This document shows, in pieces, positions 17,658-28,821 of a stretch of 64,000 nt of DNA (the stretch's first letter is position 1; the number at the start of each line of letters is the position of its first letter). The notes under the pieces are model-generated. The model had not been told where the DNA came from. It ran no database searches and worked only from the letters and a program-made list of their open reading frames with translations. The position numbers and the translations under genes are program-made. The stretch is from Vicinamibacterales bacterium (lineage in GTDB: Bacteria; Acidobacteriota; Vicinamibacteria; Vicinamibacterales; UBA2999): assembly GCA_035646375.1 (NCBI GenBank), contig DASRPM010000104.1, forward strand, positions 4,025-68,024, read 5' to 3'.

Positions 17658-19897
17658 ATGCTGCACGTCCAGCCGCCTCATCCGATATCCGGCCTGGCGA
17701 CGAGCGCTGTCGCCGAACTCCCCACGACAGGCCGCGTCCTGATCGTGTCGAATCGCCTCCCCGTCACGGTGCAGGAGTCGGCGGGTGGCGTCGAGGTGGT
17801 GCCGTCCGCCGGCGGCCTGGCGAGCGGCCTGCGCGGCTACTATCAATCGGCCGCGGCCACTTGGATCGGTTGGCCGGGACCCATGTCACCGGCGGCCTCG
17901 CGCGGCGGCCGGCGAAGCCTCGAGGCGCAGCTCAGTGCGCACAACCTCAAGCTGGTCGATCTGGATCAGCGCGACGTCGAGGAGTACTACGACGGGTTCT
18001 CCAACGGCGTCATCTGGCCCCTGTTCCACTACCTGCTGGATCGCCTGCCGCTGCGCACGCAGAACTGGGATGCCTATCGCCGCGTGAACCAGCGGTTTGC
18101 CGACGCGATCGTGGACGAACTGCGGCCTGGCGAACTGGTGTGGGTGCACGACTACCATCTGATGCTCGTGCCGGGACTCGTGCGCGAGCGCCGGCCCGAC
18201 GCGCGCATCGGATTCTTCCTGCACATTCCGTTTCCGTCGGCGGAGGTGTTCCGCATCCTGCCGTGGCGGCGCGAGCTGCTCATGGGTGTGCTGGGCGCCG
18301 ACCTGGTTGGTTTCCACACGCCGTCGTACGCGGGCCACTTCGCGGCGGCGGTACATGCGCAGTGCGGGCTCGACGCCTCGCACGACCGCGTGCGGGTGGA
18401 AGGCCGCACCGTGCGGCTCGGCCACTTTCCGATGGGCCCCGACGTCGAGCAGTTCGAGCGGCTGGCTCGCGACCAGGCGGTCCGCGAGGAGACAGCGCGT
18501 CTGCGCGAGGAGTCGCGCGGCCGTTTCCTGTTCCTGGGCGTCGATCGGCTCGACTACACGAAGGGCATCCCGCGGCGGCTGGTCGCCTTCGAGCGGCTGC
18601 TGCAGCGCGACCCGAGCCTGCGCGACAAGGTGCGGCTGGTGCAGCTTGCCGTGCCGTCACGCAGTGGAGTGCGCGAGTATGCGAGCTTCCGCAAGCAGGT
18701 CGAGGAGCTCGTGGGCCGCATCAACGGCTCCCTGGGCACGCTCGACTCGGTGCCGATCCACTACCTGCACCAGACGGTCACGCCCGAGCAGCTCACGGCG
18801 CTCTACTGTGCGGCCGACGCGATGCTGGTGACGCCGCTTCGCGACGGCATGAACCTCGTGGCCAAGGAATACATCGCTGCGCGGGCGGACGAAGACGGCG
18901 TGCTTTTGCTCAGCGAGTTCGCGGGCGCGGCCGAGGAGCTCGGCGAGGCGGTGATCATCAACCCGTACGACGAGAACGGGATGGCCGACAGCATGGCGCA
19001 CGCCATGGCGATGGGCCGGCCCGAGCGCACCGCGCGCATGCGCGCCCTGCGCCGGCGCGTGCTGTCGCGCCCGGTCAACGACTGGGCCCAGCGCTTCCTG
19101 GAGGCCGTCACCGAGGCCGCCGAGTCGCGCGGCGGCCCGGAGCAGCTCACCGATCCGAACGAGATCGAAGGGTTGATGCGGCGCGTCACCAGCGCCGCCC
19201 GCGTAGTGCTGGTGCTCGATTACGACGGCACGCTCGTGGGGCTGCGCGAGATGCCCGAGCTGGCGACGCCCGACGCCGGGCTGCTCGGGCTGCTCACCGT
19301 GCTCTCGACGACGTGCGACGTGCACCTGGCGAGCGGCCGGCCGCGTGAGGTGATCGACGGCTGGTTCGGCAACCTGCCGGTCGGCCTCTGGGCCGAGCAC
19401 GGGTTGTGGTATCGGCCGGCCCCCGGCGAGCCGTGGCAGAAGCGCGCCGACGTGCCCACGGACTGGATGCCGGGCATCCGCAAGCGGATGGAAGGCTTCG
19501 TGGCCCTCGCGCCCGGCGCGCGGATCGAGGAGAAGTCGGCCTCGCTCGCCTGGCACTACCGCATGGTCGAGCCGGGAACCGGCGAGGCACAGGCCGCCGC
19601 CCTGCGGCGTGAGCTCGAACGGCTCGTGGCGGGCCGCCCCTTCGAGGTCATCGAAGGGCACAAGGTGATCGAAGTGCGCCAGGCGGCCGTGGACAAGGGC
19701 TCGGTGGTCCGCGAGGTCGTGGCGCGCGCGCCCGAAGGCGCACTCATCGTCGCCATCGGTGACGACCGTACCGACGAGGACATGTTCGCGGCGCTCCCCC
19801 CCGGAGGCGTGGCGATTCGCGTTGGCGGCGGCGATTCTGCCGCACCCTATCGTCTCGACTCTCCGACCGCGGTGCGTGCGCTCCTCGGGGCCCTCAC

Positions 19898-19901
<4 letters not shown>
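17658..19901 (+). CDS. otsA: Bifunctional trehalose-6-phosphate synthase / trehalose-phosphatase (OtsA-OtsB fusion)
   Basis: GT20 motifs ([40 protein letters not shown]), then the HAD motif [11 protein letters not shown] and [10 protein letters not shown]. Confidence 0.9.
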
Positions 19902-21535
<1,634 letters not shown>

Positions 21536-21613
21536 AGTACGCACGCGAGACGGCTTGAAAGGCTGAGCGTGGATTTGACTTGCCTTCGTCAATCGGCCTT
21601 TCGAGCCGGCTCC

Positions 21614-21632
21614 GCCCGCCCGAAGGGCGGGC
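21614..21632 (+). terminator. Hairpin GCCCGCCC-gaa-GGGCGGGC
   Basis: 8-bp perfect GC stem 78 nt after the treS stop; no U-tract. Confidence 0.45.
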
Positions 21633-21646
21633 CAGCAAAGACTGTC

Positions 21647-21691
21647 CTAGCGAGGCGAAGCCTGTTTCGCTTCGAGGCGGAGCCTCGCTAG
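21647..21691 (+). promoter_or_regulatory. Structured leader: 10-bp stem CTAGCGAGGC / GCCTCGCTAG with a nested GAAGC/GCTTC stem. The 3' arm ends on the first base of the GTG start.
   Basis: Read directly. A GGAG Shine-Dalgarno at about 21679-21682 abuts and overlaps the 3' arm. Confidence 0.5.
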
Positions 21692-22953
21692 TGGATGAGA
21701 GCCTCCTATCGGACGACCTGTTGCGGCAGCTGGTCGCCACCGGCCACGTCGATATCCTGGTCGGGGTGCCGACGCTCAACAACGCGTCCACCGTCGTGGA
21801 TGTCGTTCGCGCGGCGCAGGCCGGCATCGGCAAGTACTTTCCGCGCGCGCGCGCGCTCATCTTCAACGCCGACACCGGGTCGGACGACGGGACGCCGACG
21901 CTGGTGCGCGACGCCACGACCGACGACACCGGGACCGTCAGCGCGTCGAAGCCGCTGCGCACGACTCATCGCATCACGACGCCGTATCACGGGCTGCCCG
22001 GCAAGAGCAGTGCGATGCGCATGATCTTCGCGGTGGCCGACCTGCTGTCGGCCGACGCCGTGGTGGCGCTCGATCCCAACGTGACGAGCGTCACGCCGGA
22101 CTGGATTCCCGCGCTCGTGAGCCCGGTGCTGGACGGGCGTGCCGATCTGGTGGCGCCGCGGTATCCCCGCGCCGTGGCCGATGCGCCGCTCGTCACACAG
22201 CTCGTGCGCCCGCTCGTCCGCGCCGCCTACGGCTGGACGCTATACGAGCCGCTGATGGGGGAGTTCGGCTGCTCGCGGCAGTTCGCCACGCACTGTCTCG
22301 ACGTGTCGACCTGGGGCACCGCCATGACGCCGGACGGCGTGGACCTGTGGCTGGCCACCGAGGCGCTGGCCAAGGGCTTCCGTCCCGCACAGGCCGCGGT
22401 CGGCCCGCGCCTGGTCGGACCGTCGCGCAAGCGGCCGGCGCTGCCGGACGTGTTCCAGCAGGTGCTGGACGCCGTGTGTGCGTGCCTCGAGCTCCACGAC
22501 GGCTACTGGCTGATGCGCGGCCAGGCCGATGCGGTGCCGTGCTTCGGCACCATGGGCGGGGCCGTGGACATCGGCCCGCGCCCCGACGTGGCGGGCATGG
22601 CCGTGGCCTTCGCGCGCGACGTTGCGGCGCTGCACCCGGTGCTCGCAACGATTCTCAGCGGGCCCACGCTGGCCGGCGTGACCTTGGCGTCGGCGGCGCC
22701 GTCGCGGCTCCGCTATGACGACGACCTCTGGGCCGCGACGGTGTTCGAGTTCGTGCTCGCGTATCACCGTGCCGTGATGACGCGCGAGCACGTGACCCGG
22801 ACTTTGTTGCCGCTCTATCTCGGCCGGACCGCGGCGTTCCTGCTGGAGCACGCCTCGTCGGGACCGGCCACCGTGGACGCCGCGCTCGAATCGCTGTGTC
22901 TGGCGTTCGAGCGCGCCAAGCCGTCCGCGGCCGCGCGGTGGAAGAAAGTATGA
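21691..22953 (+). CDS. GT-A fold glycosyltransferase-like protein (GT2/GT81-like; acceptor unknown)
   Basis: In frame with track ORF 21580..22953; start moved to the GTG at 21691 because the upstream part is the hairpin region. DILVGVPTLNNAST, NADTGSDDGT, ALDPNV. Confidence 0.65.
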   Translation: MDESLLSDDLLRQLVATGHVDILVGVPTLNNASTVVDVVRAAQAGIGKYFPRARALIFNADTGSDDGTPTLVRDATTDDTGTVSASKPLRTTHRITTPYHGLPGKSSAMRMIFAVADLLSADAVVALDPNVTSVTPDWIPALVSPVLDGRADLVAPRYPRAVADAPLVTQLVRPLVRAAYGWTLYEPLMGEFGCSRQFATHCLDVSTWGTAMTPDGVDLWLATEALAKGFRPAQAAVGPRLVGPSRKRPALPDVFQQVLDAVCACLELHDGYWLMRGQADAVPCFGTMGGAVDIGPRPDVAGMAVAFARDVAALHPVLATILSGPTLAGVTLASAAPSRLRYDDDLWAATVFEFVLAYHRAVMTREHVTRTLLPLYLGRTAAFLLEHASSGPATVDAALESLCLAFERAKPSAAARWKKV

Positions 22954-22963
22954 GGGCACTCAC

Positions 22964-23665
22964 ATGACTCAGATGGTCGCGGAAGCGGTGCGTCAGGCGG
23001 GCGTGAACTTCATGGACTCGGTAGCCACGCTGCTGCCGCGCATCCTGATCACGGCGGCCATCGTCGCCGTCGGCTGGGTGATCGCGTGGGCGCTCAAATG
23101 GGCGGTGCGCTGGATCCTGATCTGGTCGCGCTTCAACCACGGGTGCGAGCGCATCGGCGTGTCCGCCGTGCTCAAGACGGCCGATCTCCCGGCGCCCGAC
23201 ATCCTGGTGAGCCTGATCGTGTTCTGGCTCGTCTGGGTGGGGTTCCTGCTCTCGGGGGTGGACGTGCTCGGCTTCACCGCCCTCGAGGGAATGGTGCGCA
23301 ACTTCGCGGTGTTCGTCCCGCGCCTGCTGGTCGCCATCGTCATCCTGGTGCTGGGCGTCGTGTGCGCCAACTTCGCCTGGCGTGCCACGTTGATTGCCGC
23401 GGTGAACGCCCGGGTGCCGTCGCCACGCGTCGTCAGCGGCGCGGTGCGCGCGCTGGTGCTCATCCTCGCCGGGGCGATGGCGCTCGACCAGATCGCGCTG
23501 GCACGCACCATCGTGCTCACCGCGTTCGCGATTGCGTTCGGTGCCGTGATGCTGGGGCTGGCGATCGCGTTCGGCGTCGGCGGCGGTGGCATCGCCCGCC
23601 GCATCCTCGACCACTGGTTCCCGGAGCACCCCCCGTCGGAGCGGGAGGAGTTCCGGCACTTATAG
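22964..23665 (+). CDS. Multi-pass membrane protein with TM_helix-type repeats (as found at N-termini of MscS-like channels)
   Basis: Five to six hydrophobic helices, repeated ...LLPRILITAAIVAVGWVIA... pattern; family call is tentative. Confidence 0.5.
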   Translation: MTQMVAEAVRQAGVNFMDSVATLLPRILITAAIVAVGWVIAWALKWAVRWILIWSRFNHGCERIGVSAVLKTADLPAPDILVSLIVFWLVWVGFLLSGVDVLGFTALEGMVRNFAVFVPRLLVAIVILVLGVVCANFAWRATLIAAVNARVPSPRVVSGAVRALVLILAGAMALDQIALARTIVLTAFAIAFGAVMLGLAIAFGVGGGGIARRILDHWFPEHPPSEREEFRHL

Positions 23666-25186
23666 GCCGGGTAGACCGGGTGGGCCCGGTGGGGTACGCG
23701 GTTGCGGCTCTTCAGGCCGACCGCGACTGCCAGACTCCAATCCCGCGGCTCTTGCCGTGGACGGCTCGATGAACGCGAACGCGATCGTCACGGCGACGGC
23801 GAGCGCCAGCAGCACCACGTCGAGCGCCGACTGCGCGGCCACGAGGCCGGCACCAACCACCAGCGACACGACGAGCAGGATATCCGCGAGGCGGATGAAC
23901 GGCGCCGATCGGCTCCGCGCCCACACGAGCTCGCCGGCGTGCTGGCCCGACATGAACCACAGGTGGAGCCGGAGCATGCTCGCCATCAGCGCCGCGATCG
24001 CGGTGGCGATGAAGAATCCACGGCCTTCCAGACCGCCAATCTGGCCGCGCGCCAGCCACGCCGGGATCAGCATCGCGGCATAGGCGACGGCGGCCGCGCC
24101 CTGGTGAAATTCCCACCAGAATCGCGCCGAGCGCCCGGGCACGACCGCGGCTCCGGACTGGACGCTCGCCGTTCCCGCCAGCCCTTCCAGCGCGGCCACC
24201 AGTTCGTGCGCGTCGGCGAAGCGCCTGGTTGGATCGGGTTGCCGCGCGCGATCGGCAATGCGCTGGAGCGGTGGCTCCACGGCTGGAGCGCTCGCGCCCG
24301 CCACGAGCGGGTGCCGTCCGGACAGCATCTCCGCCAGGATGACGCCGAACGCGAAGATGTCGGTGCGCGCGTCGGGAACGCCGCCCACGAGCTGCTCGGG
24401 CGCCATGTAGGCCGGCGTGCCGATCATCGAGCCGTCGCGCGTGAGCTTGGTGTGGTGCGTGCCGCCAGGGCTCTCGAGCCATGCGATGCCGAAGTCCACG
24501 ATCTTCGCCGTGCCGCCCGGCCCCACCACGATGTTCTCGGGCTTCAAATCGCGATGAATCACGCCGGCGTCGTGCGCGGCTCGCAGGCCTCGCGCCACGT
24601 GCAGCGCGATCTCGCGCGCGGTCCTCACGTCGATCGGCCCCTCGTCGATCAGCGTGCGCAGCGTGCGGCCGTCGAGGAACTCCGACGCCAGCAGCAGGTG
24701 CCCTTCCACCTCTTCCAGCGAAAACACGGTGGCCACTGCCGGGTCGGTGATGGTGGCGGCGGCGCGCGCCTCGCGTTTCAGCCGTTCGCGCAGCTCGGGG
24801 TTGCCGGCCAGCGACGCTGGCAGCGACTTCAGGGCGACGTTGCGACGGAGCCGCCGATCGGTGGCGAGGTACACCACGCCCATGCCGCCGCGGCCGATCG
24901 CCCGGATGATCTCGAACTCGCCCACTCGATCGCCGGGCCCCCAGGCGGCGCCGTCCGGCTCGCCCTCGGGCAACGCGGCGAGCGCCACGTCTTCGGGGTC
25001 GACCTGCGCCGGCTGATCGAGGAACCCGCCGAGCGTGTCGAACGAGTGCAGCAGCCGCTCGGCGTCCGCCAGCAGCGCCGCGTCGCCGCCGCATTCCGCG
25101 CGCAGCCAGGCGGTGCGCGCCTCGGCGGGACGCTCCAGCGCGCCGTTGAACAGCCCCTTGATCTGGCTCCAGCGCTGCGGATTCAC
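23660..25186 (-). CDS. Ser/Thr protein kinase with a conserved ~55-aa N-terminal module and a 4-TM C-terminal domain
   Basis: GTG start in a GTGA overlap with the sigma stop. GRGGMGVVYLA, ALK, HRDLKPENIVV, DFGIA, GTPAYMAPE. Confidence 0.85.
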   Translation of the reverse strand: MNPQRWSQIKGLFNGALERPAEARTAWLRAECGGDAALLADAERLLHSFDTLGGFLDQPAQVDPEDVALAALPEGEPDGAAWGPGDRVGEFEIIRAIGRGGMGVVYLATDRRLRRNVALKSLPASLAGNPELRERLKREARAAATITDPAVATVFSLEEVEGHLLLASEFLDGRTLRTLIDEGPIDVRTAREIALHVARGLRAAHDAGVIHRDLKPENIVVGPGGTAKIVDFGIAWLESPGGTHHTKLTRDGSMIGTPAYMAPEQLVGGVPDARTDIFAFGVILAEMLSGRHPLVAGASAPAVEPPLQRIADRARQPDPTRRFADAHELVAALEGLAGTASVQSGAAVVPGRSARFWWEFHQGAAAVAYAAMLIPAWLARGQIGGLEGRGFFIATAIAALMASMLRLHLWFMSGQHAGELVWARSRSAPFIRLADILLVVSLVVGAGLVAAQSALDVVLLALAVAVTIAFAFIEPSTARAAGLESGSRGRPEEPQPRTPPGPPGLPGL

Positions 25187-25737
25187 TCCGCCCCGCCTTC
25201 GAGCGCCTGCTTGAGCCAGGCGCGCGCCATGGCCCATTGCCGCTTCACCGTCGCCGGCGACACGCCCACGGCCTCGGCGGTCTCCTCGACGGTGAGGCCG
25301 CCGAAGTAGCGCAGCTCCACGATCCGCGCCTGCTCGGGATCGAACGCCGCGAGACGGCTCAGCGCCTGGTCGAGCGCGATCACGTCCACGTCACCGGGGC
25401 GGTCGGCGTCGGGGCGCTCGAACTCGGGACGCACGGCCGCCGGCGGCGCGCTGATGTCGTTGAGCGTCACCTGATGGCCGCCGCCGTCGCGCTTGGCGGC
25501 GTGCCGGGCGCGGGCGCGCTGCACGAGGATCTGACGCATCGAGAGCGCCGCGATCGCCAGGAAGTGCGTGCGGTTCTGGAACTCGCGCGAGCGCTCGGCG
25601 GCCAGGCGCACGAACGCTTCGTTGACCAGCCCCGTGGCCTGCAGGGTCTGGCCGGGACGCTCGCGGCCCATGTAGCGGGCCGCGATGCGGCGCAGCTCGT
25701 CGTAGACGAGCGGCATGAGTTCGTGGTGCGCTTTCAA
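25183..25737 (-). CDS. ECF sigma factor (kinase-associated, TIGR02999-like type)
   Basis: TTG start. PLVYDELRRIAARYM...TLQATGLVNEAFVRL; C-terminal region 4 with VELRYFGGLTVEETAEAVGVSPATVKRQW. Confidence 0.85.
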   Translation of the reverse strand: MKAHHELMPLVYDELRRIAARYMGRERPGQTLQATGLVNEAFVRLAAERSREFQNRTHFLAIAALSMRQILVQRARARHAAKRDGGGHQVTLNDISAPPAAVRPEFERPDADRPGDVDVIALDQALSRLAAFDPEQARIVELRYFGGLTVEETAEAVGVSPATVKRQWAMARAWLKQALEGGAE

Positions 25738-25780
25738 TGTCGAGCCTCCGCCGTGGAGCCATCCGGCTTCGGCTCGACAT
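25737..25780 (-). promoter_or_regulatory. 10-bp stem (ATGTCGAGCC / GGCTCGACAT) whose 3' arm ends on the first base of the sigma TTG start and overlaps the GGAGG Shine-Dalgarno
   Basis: Read directly on the minus strand: AUGUCGAGCC-N24-GGCUCGACAU|UG AAA. Confidence 0.5.
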
Positions 25781-25794
25781 GGCAGTGTCTCTTT

Positions 25795-25876
25795 GCCCCC
25801 GCTTCGCGGGGGCTGGACGTCTTGAAGGGCGGGACGTGGCGGTTAACCATTCGAATTGGCCCGCCCTCAAGACGTC
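25795..25876 (-). terminator. Two strong hairpins: GCCCCCGC-ttc-GCGGGGGC, and a ~17-bp stem GACGTCTTGAAGGGCGGG / CCCGCCCTCAAGACGTC
   Basis: Located downstream of the PPIase stop (25912) on the minus strand. Confidence 0.5.
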
Positions 25877-25911
25877 GGTGTCGCTGGCAGCAGCGCAGAG
25901 CGGGGGGCGCG

Positions 25912-26427
25912 CTATGTGCGCGTGATCTTAATGGAGTTGATGACGATGTCCTTCACCGGGCGATCCTGGCGGCCCGTCGGCGTGCTCCCGATCCGGCGCA
26001 CGACCTCCATCCCCTCGGTCACCTCGCCGAACACCGAGTGCTTGTTGTCGAGATGCGGCGTCGGCCCCAAGGTGATGAAGAACTGGCTGCCGTTGGTGTT
26101 GGCACCCGCGTTGGCCATCGACAGGATGCCGGCCTTGGTGTGCCGCAGCGACGGGTGGAATTCGTCCTTGAACTGGTAGCCGGGCCCGCCAATGCCCTTG
26201 CCGAGCGGATCCCCGCCCTGAATCATGAAGCCCTCGATCACGCGGTGGAAGACGATGCCGTCGTAGAACGGCGTGTTCGTCATCTTCTCCTGCGTGCCGG
26301 GGTGGGTCCACTCCTTGGTCCCCTCGGCGAGGCCGACGAAGTTGGCCACCGTTTCCGGCGTCTCCTGATCGAACAGGCGTACCTTGAAGCTGCCTTCGGT
26401 CGTTGCGAACTCAGCGTGCACAGCCAC
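25912..26427 (-). CDS. Cyclophilin-type peptidyl-prolyl cis-trans isomerase
   Basis: FHRVIEGFMIQGGDP, GILSMANAGANTNGSQFFIT, HSVFGEV. Confidence 0.95.
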   Translation of the reverse strand: MAVHAEFATTEGSFKVRLFDQETPETVANFVGLAEGTKEWTHPGTQEKMTNTPFYDGIVFHRVIEGFMIQGGDPLGKGIGGPGYQFKDEFHPSLRHTKAGILSMANAGANTNGSQFFITLGPTPHLDNKHSVFGEVTEGMEVVRRIGSTPTGRQDRPVKDIVINSIKITRT

Positions 26428-26446
26428 GTGGATCCTCCGCCCCTAT

Positions 26447-26536
26447 GGTAGCTGGTAGCTGGTAGCTGGTAGCCAGTAGCCAGTAGCTGGCATTGGCCCA
26501 AAAGGCTACCCGCTACGAGCTACCGGCTACCAGCTA
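26447..26536. repeat. Heptamer array (GGTAGCT x3, GGTAGCC, AGTAGCC, AGTAGCT), a 15-nt spacer, then the inverted array (GGCTACC CGCTACG AGCTACC GGCTACC AGCTA)
   Basis: Read directly; sits in the divergent region between the PPIase start and the glgB start. Confidence 0.85.
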
Positions 26537-26558
26537 GAAGGCCGGTACAATTGCACCA

Positions 26559-28772
26559 ATGAGCCCTGCGAGGCGAGCCGAAGCCCGAGCGCTCGGCGCC
26601 GTGGCCGAAGGGCTGAGCGACGATCCCTTTTCGGTGCTCGGCCGCCATCCGGCGCCGGCCGGCGGTCCCGCAGGGGCCATCATCCGCACGCTGCAGCCGG
26701 CTGCGACGGCGGTCGAGGTCGTCGTCGGCGACCGCGTCGTCCCGATGGAGCGGCGGCGTCCGGAAGGGTTGTTCGCCGCCGTGGTGCCGTGGGACGGCCC
26801 CCTCGAGCAGCTCGGATACGTGCTGCGCGTGCACGATCCGGCAGGCGTGCGCGATCTGATCGACCCCTACCAGTTCGGCCCGGTCCTCACCGACTTCGAC
26901 CTGCACCTGTTCTCCGAGGGGCGGCACTACCGGGCGTGGGAGCAGCTCGGCTCGCGGCGCCGCACCATCGGGCCGGTGGAGGGGGTGCACTTCGCCGTCT
27001 GGGCGCCGAACGCCCAGCGCGTCAGCGTGATCGGCGAGTTCAACCAGTGGGACGGCCGCGCGCACGTGATGCGGCGGCTGGTGCCCTCGGGGATCTGGGA
27101 AATCTTCATTCCCGGCCTGCGGGACGGTGTTCGCTACAAGTACGAGGTGCGCACGCGCGCCGGGCACCTGCTCCACAAGGCGGACCCGTACGCCCGTCAG
27201 CTCGAAACCCCGCCGCACACCGCTTCGGTCGTCTCGACCGGCGGCAGCTACGAGTGGGGCGACGGCGAGTGGATGCGCAACCGCGAGTCGCTCGGCGAGT
27301 GGCGCGAGCGCCCGATGTCGATCTACGAGGTCCACCTCGGGTCGTGGCGCCGGCGCGAGGACGAGCCGCAGTTCAGCCTGTCGTACCGCGAGCTGGCCGC
27401 CACGCTCGTCCCGTACGTGCGCGACATGGGCTACACGCACGTCGAGCTGCTGCCCGTGATGGAGCACCCGTTCTTCGGCTCGTGGGGCTATCAGGTGGTG
27501 GGCTTCTTCGCCCCTTCGAGCCGGTTCGGCACGCCCGACGACTTCCGCTACTTCGTGGATCAGTGCCACCAGCACGGGCTCGGCGTGATCCTCGACTGGG
27601 TGCCCGGCCATTTTCCCAAGGACGGCCACGGCCTGGTGAGCTTCGACGGCACCGCGCTCTACGAGCACGAGGATCCGCGCCGGGGCGAGCACCGGGAGTG
27701 GGGGACGCTCGTCTTCAACTACGGGCGCGACGAGGTGCGCACGTTCCTGCTGAGCAACGCGCTCTACTGGCTCGAGGAGTTTCACGCCGACGGCCTGCGC
27801 GTGGATGCCGTGGCGTCGATGCTGTATCTCGACTACTCGCGACGCGAAGGGGAATGGCTGCCGAACGAGCGCGGCGGCCGCGAGAACCTCGAGGCGGTGG
27901 AGTTCCTGAAGCAGCTCAATATCGTGACGCACGGGCGGCTGCCGGGCACCATCACCGTGGCCGAGGAGTCCACGTCCTGGCCGGCGGTGAGCCGGCCGAC
28001 CTTCGATGGCGGCCTCGGCTTCACCTACAAGTGGAACATGGGCTGGATGCACGACATGCTCGCGTACATGCGCGAGGATCCCGTGAACCGGCGGTGGCAT
28101 CACGGACAGATCACGTTCTCGATGCTCTACGCCTTCACCGAGAACTTCGTGCTCCCGTTTTCACACGACGAAGTCGTCTACGGCAAGCGCTCGATGCTCG
28201 AGAAGATGCCCGGTGATCCGTGGCAGAAGCACGCGTCGCTGCGCGCGCTCTACGGGTATCTCTTCGCCCATCCCGGGAAGAAGCTGATGTTCATGGGCGC
28301 CGAGTTCGGGCAGCGCAACGAGTGGAACCACGACACGAGCCTTGACTGGGCCGAGCTCGAGCAGCCGATGAACCAGGGGCTGCAGCGCTGGGTACGCGAT
28401 CTGAACGCGAGCTACCGCCGGGAGCGGTCGCTTCACGAAGTGGACTTCGACGGCCGTGGCTTCGCCTGGATCGACTGCCACGACGCCGATCACAGCGTGG
28501 TGTCGCTGGTGCGCAGGGCGCGCGACGAGGGGGAGTTCACCGTTGCCGTCGCCAACTTCACCCCGGTGCCGAGGGCCGGTTACGTGGTGGGCGTGCCCGA
28601 GCCGGGCTGGTATCGGGAGGTGCTCAACAGCGACGCCGGTATCTACGGCGGCAGCAACGTGGGCAACAGCGGCGGCGTGCCGGCCGACGGTCCGCCGGCC
28701 CACGGCTATCCGCACTCCATCCGCGTCGCCCTCCCGCCGCTCGGATTCTTGCTGCTCAAGAAGGGCGGGTAG
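26559..28772 (+). CDS. glgB: 1,4-alpha-glucan branching enzyme
   Basis: Full-length GH13_9 pattern: [17 protein letters not shown]-like [33 protein letters not shown]. Confidence 0.95.
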   Translation: MSPARRAEARALGAVAEGLSDDPFSVLGRHPAPAGGPAGAIIRTLQPAATAVEVVVGDRVVPMERRRPEGLFAAVVPWDGPLEQLGYVLRVHDPAGVRDLIDPYQFGPVLTDFDLHLFSEGRHYRAWEQLGSRRRTIGPVEGVHFAVWAPNAQRVSVIGEFNQWDGRAHVMRRLVPSGIWEIFIPGLRDGVRYKYEVRTRAGHLLHKADPYARQLETPPHTASVVSTGGSYEWGDGEWMRNRESLGEWRERPMSIYEVHLGSWRRREDEPQFSLSYRELAATLVPYVRDMGYTHVELLPVMEHPFFGSWGYQVVGFFAPSSRFGTPDDFRYFVDQCHQHGLGVILDWVPGHFPKDGHGLVSFDGTALYEHEDPRRGEHREWGTLVFNYGRDEVRTFLLSNALYWLEEFHADGLRVDAVASMLYLDYSRREGEWLPNERGGRENLEAVEFLKQLNIVTHGRLPGTITVAEESTSWPAVSRPTFDGGLGFTYKWNMGWMHDMLAYMREDPVNRRWHHGQITFSMLYAFTENFVLPFSHDEVVYGKRSMLEKMPGDPWQKHASLRALYGYLFAHPGKKLMFMGAEFGQRNEWNHDTSLDWAELEQPMNQGLQRWVRDLNASYRRERSLHEVDFDGRGFAWIDCHDADHSVVSLVRRARDEGEFTVAVANFTPVPRAGYVVGVPEPGWYREVLNSDAGIYGGSNVGNSGGVPADGPPAHGYPHSIRVALPPLGFLLLKKGG

Positions 28773-28805
28773 GGCGGGTAGGGCGGGTAGGCCTTTCGAA
28801 GGGCC
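28763..28805. repeat. (GGGCGGGTA)x3 overlapping the glgB stop, followed by the palindrome GGCCTTTCGAAGGGCC
   Basis: Read directly. Confidence 0.8.
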
Positions 28806-28821
28806 GCGTCTTTAGACCCGG
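28806..28821. terminator. GTCTTTAGACCCG palindromic element, copy 1
   Basis: Shares 13 identical nt with 38616..38633; overlaps the PfkB stop. Confidence 0.45.

Noticed and set aside
25182-25262. Apparent one-base frame discrepancy between sigma and kinase when hand-indexing this stretch, which would fuse the two genes
   Set aside because: The ORF-track proteins and coordinates are internally consistent (separate frames, GTGA overlap). I attribute the discrepancy to my own base-counting error. It is a reminder that my hand-derived coordinates can be off by 1 nt.
26447-26536. Possible CRISPR array
   Set aside because: The units are 7 nt and contiguous with no spacers, and no cas genes are present. 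No other candidate array was seen in the window.
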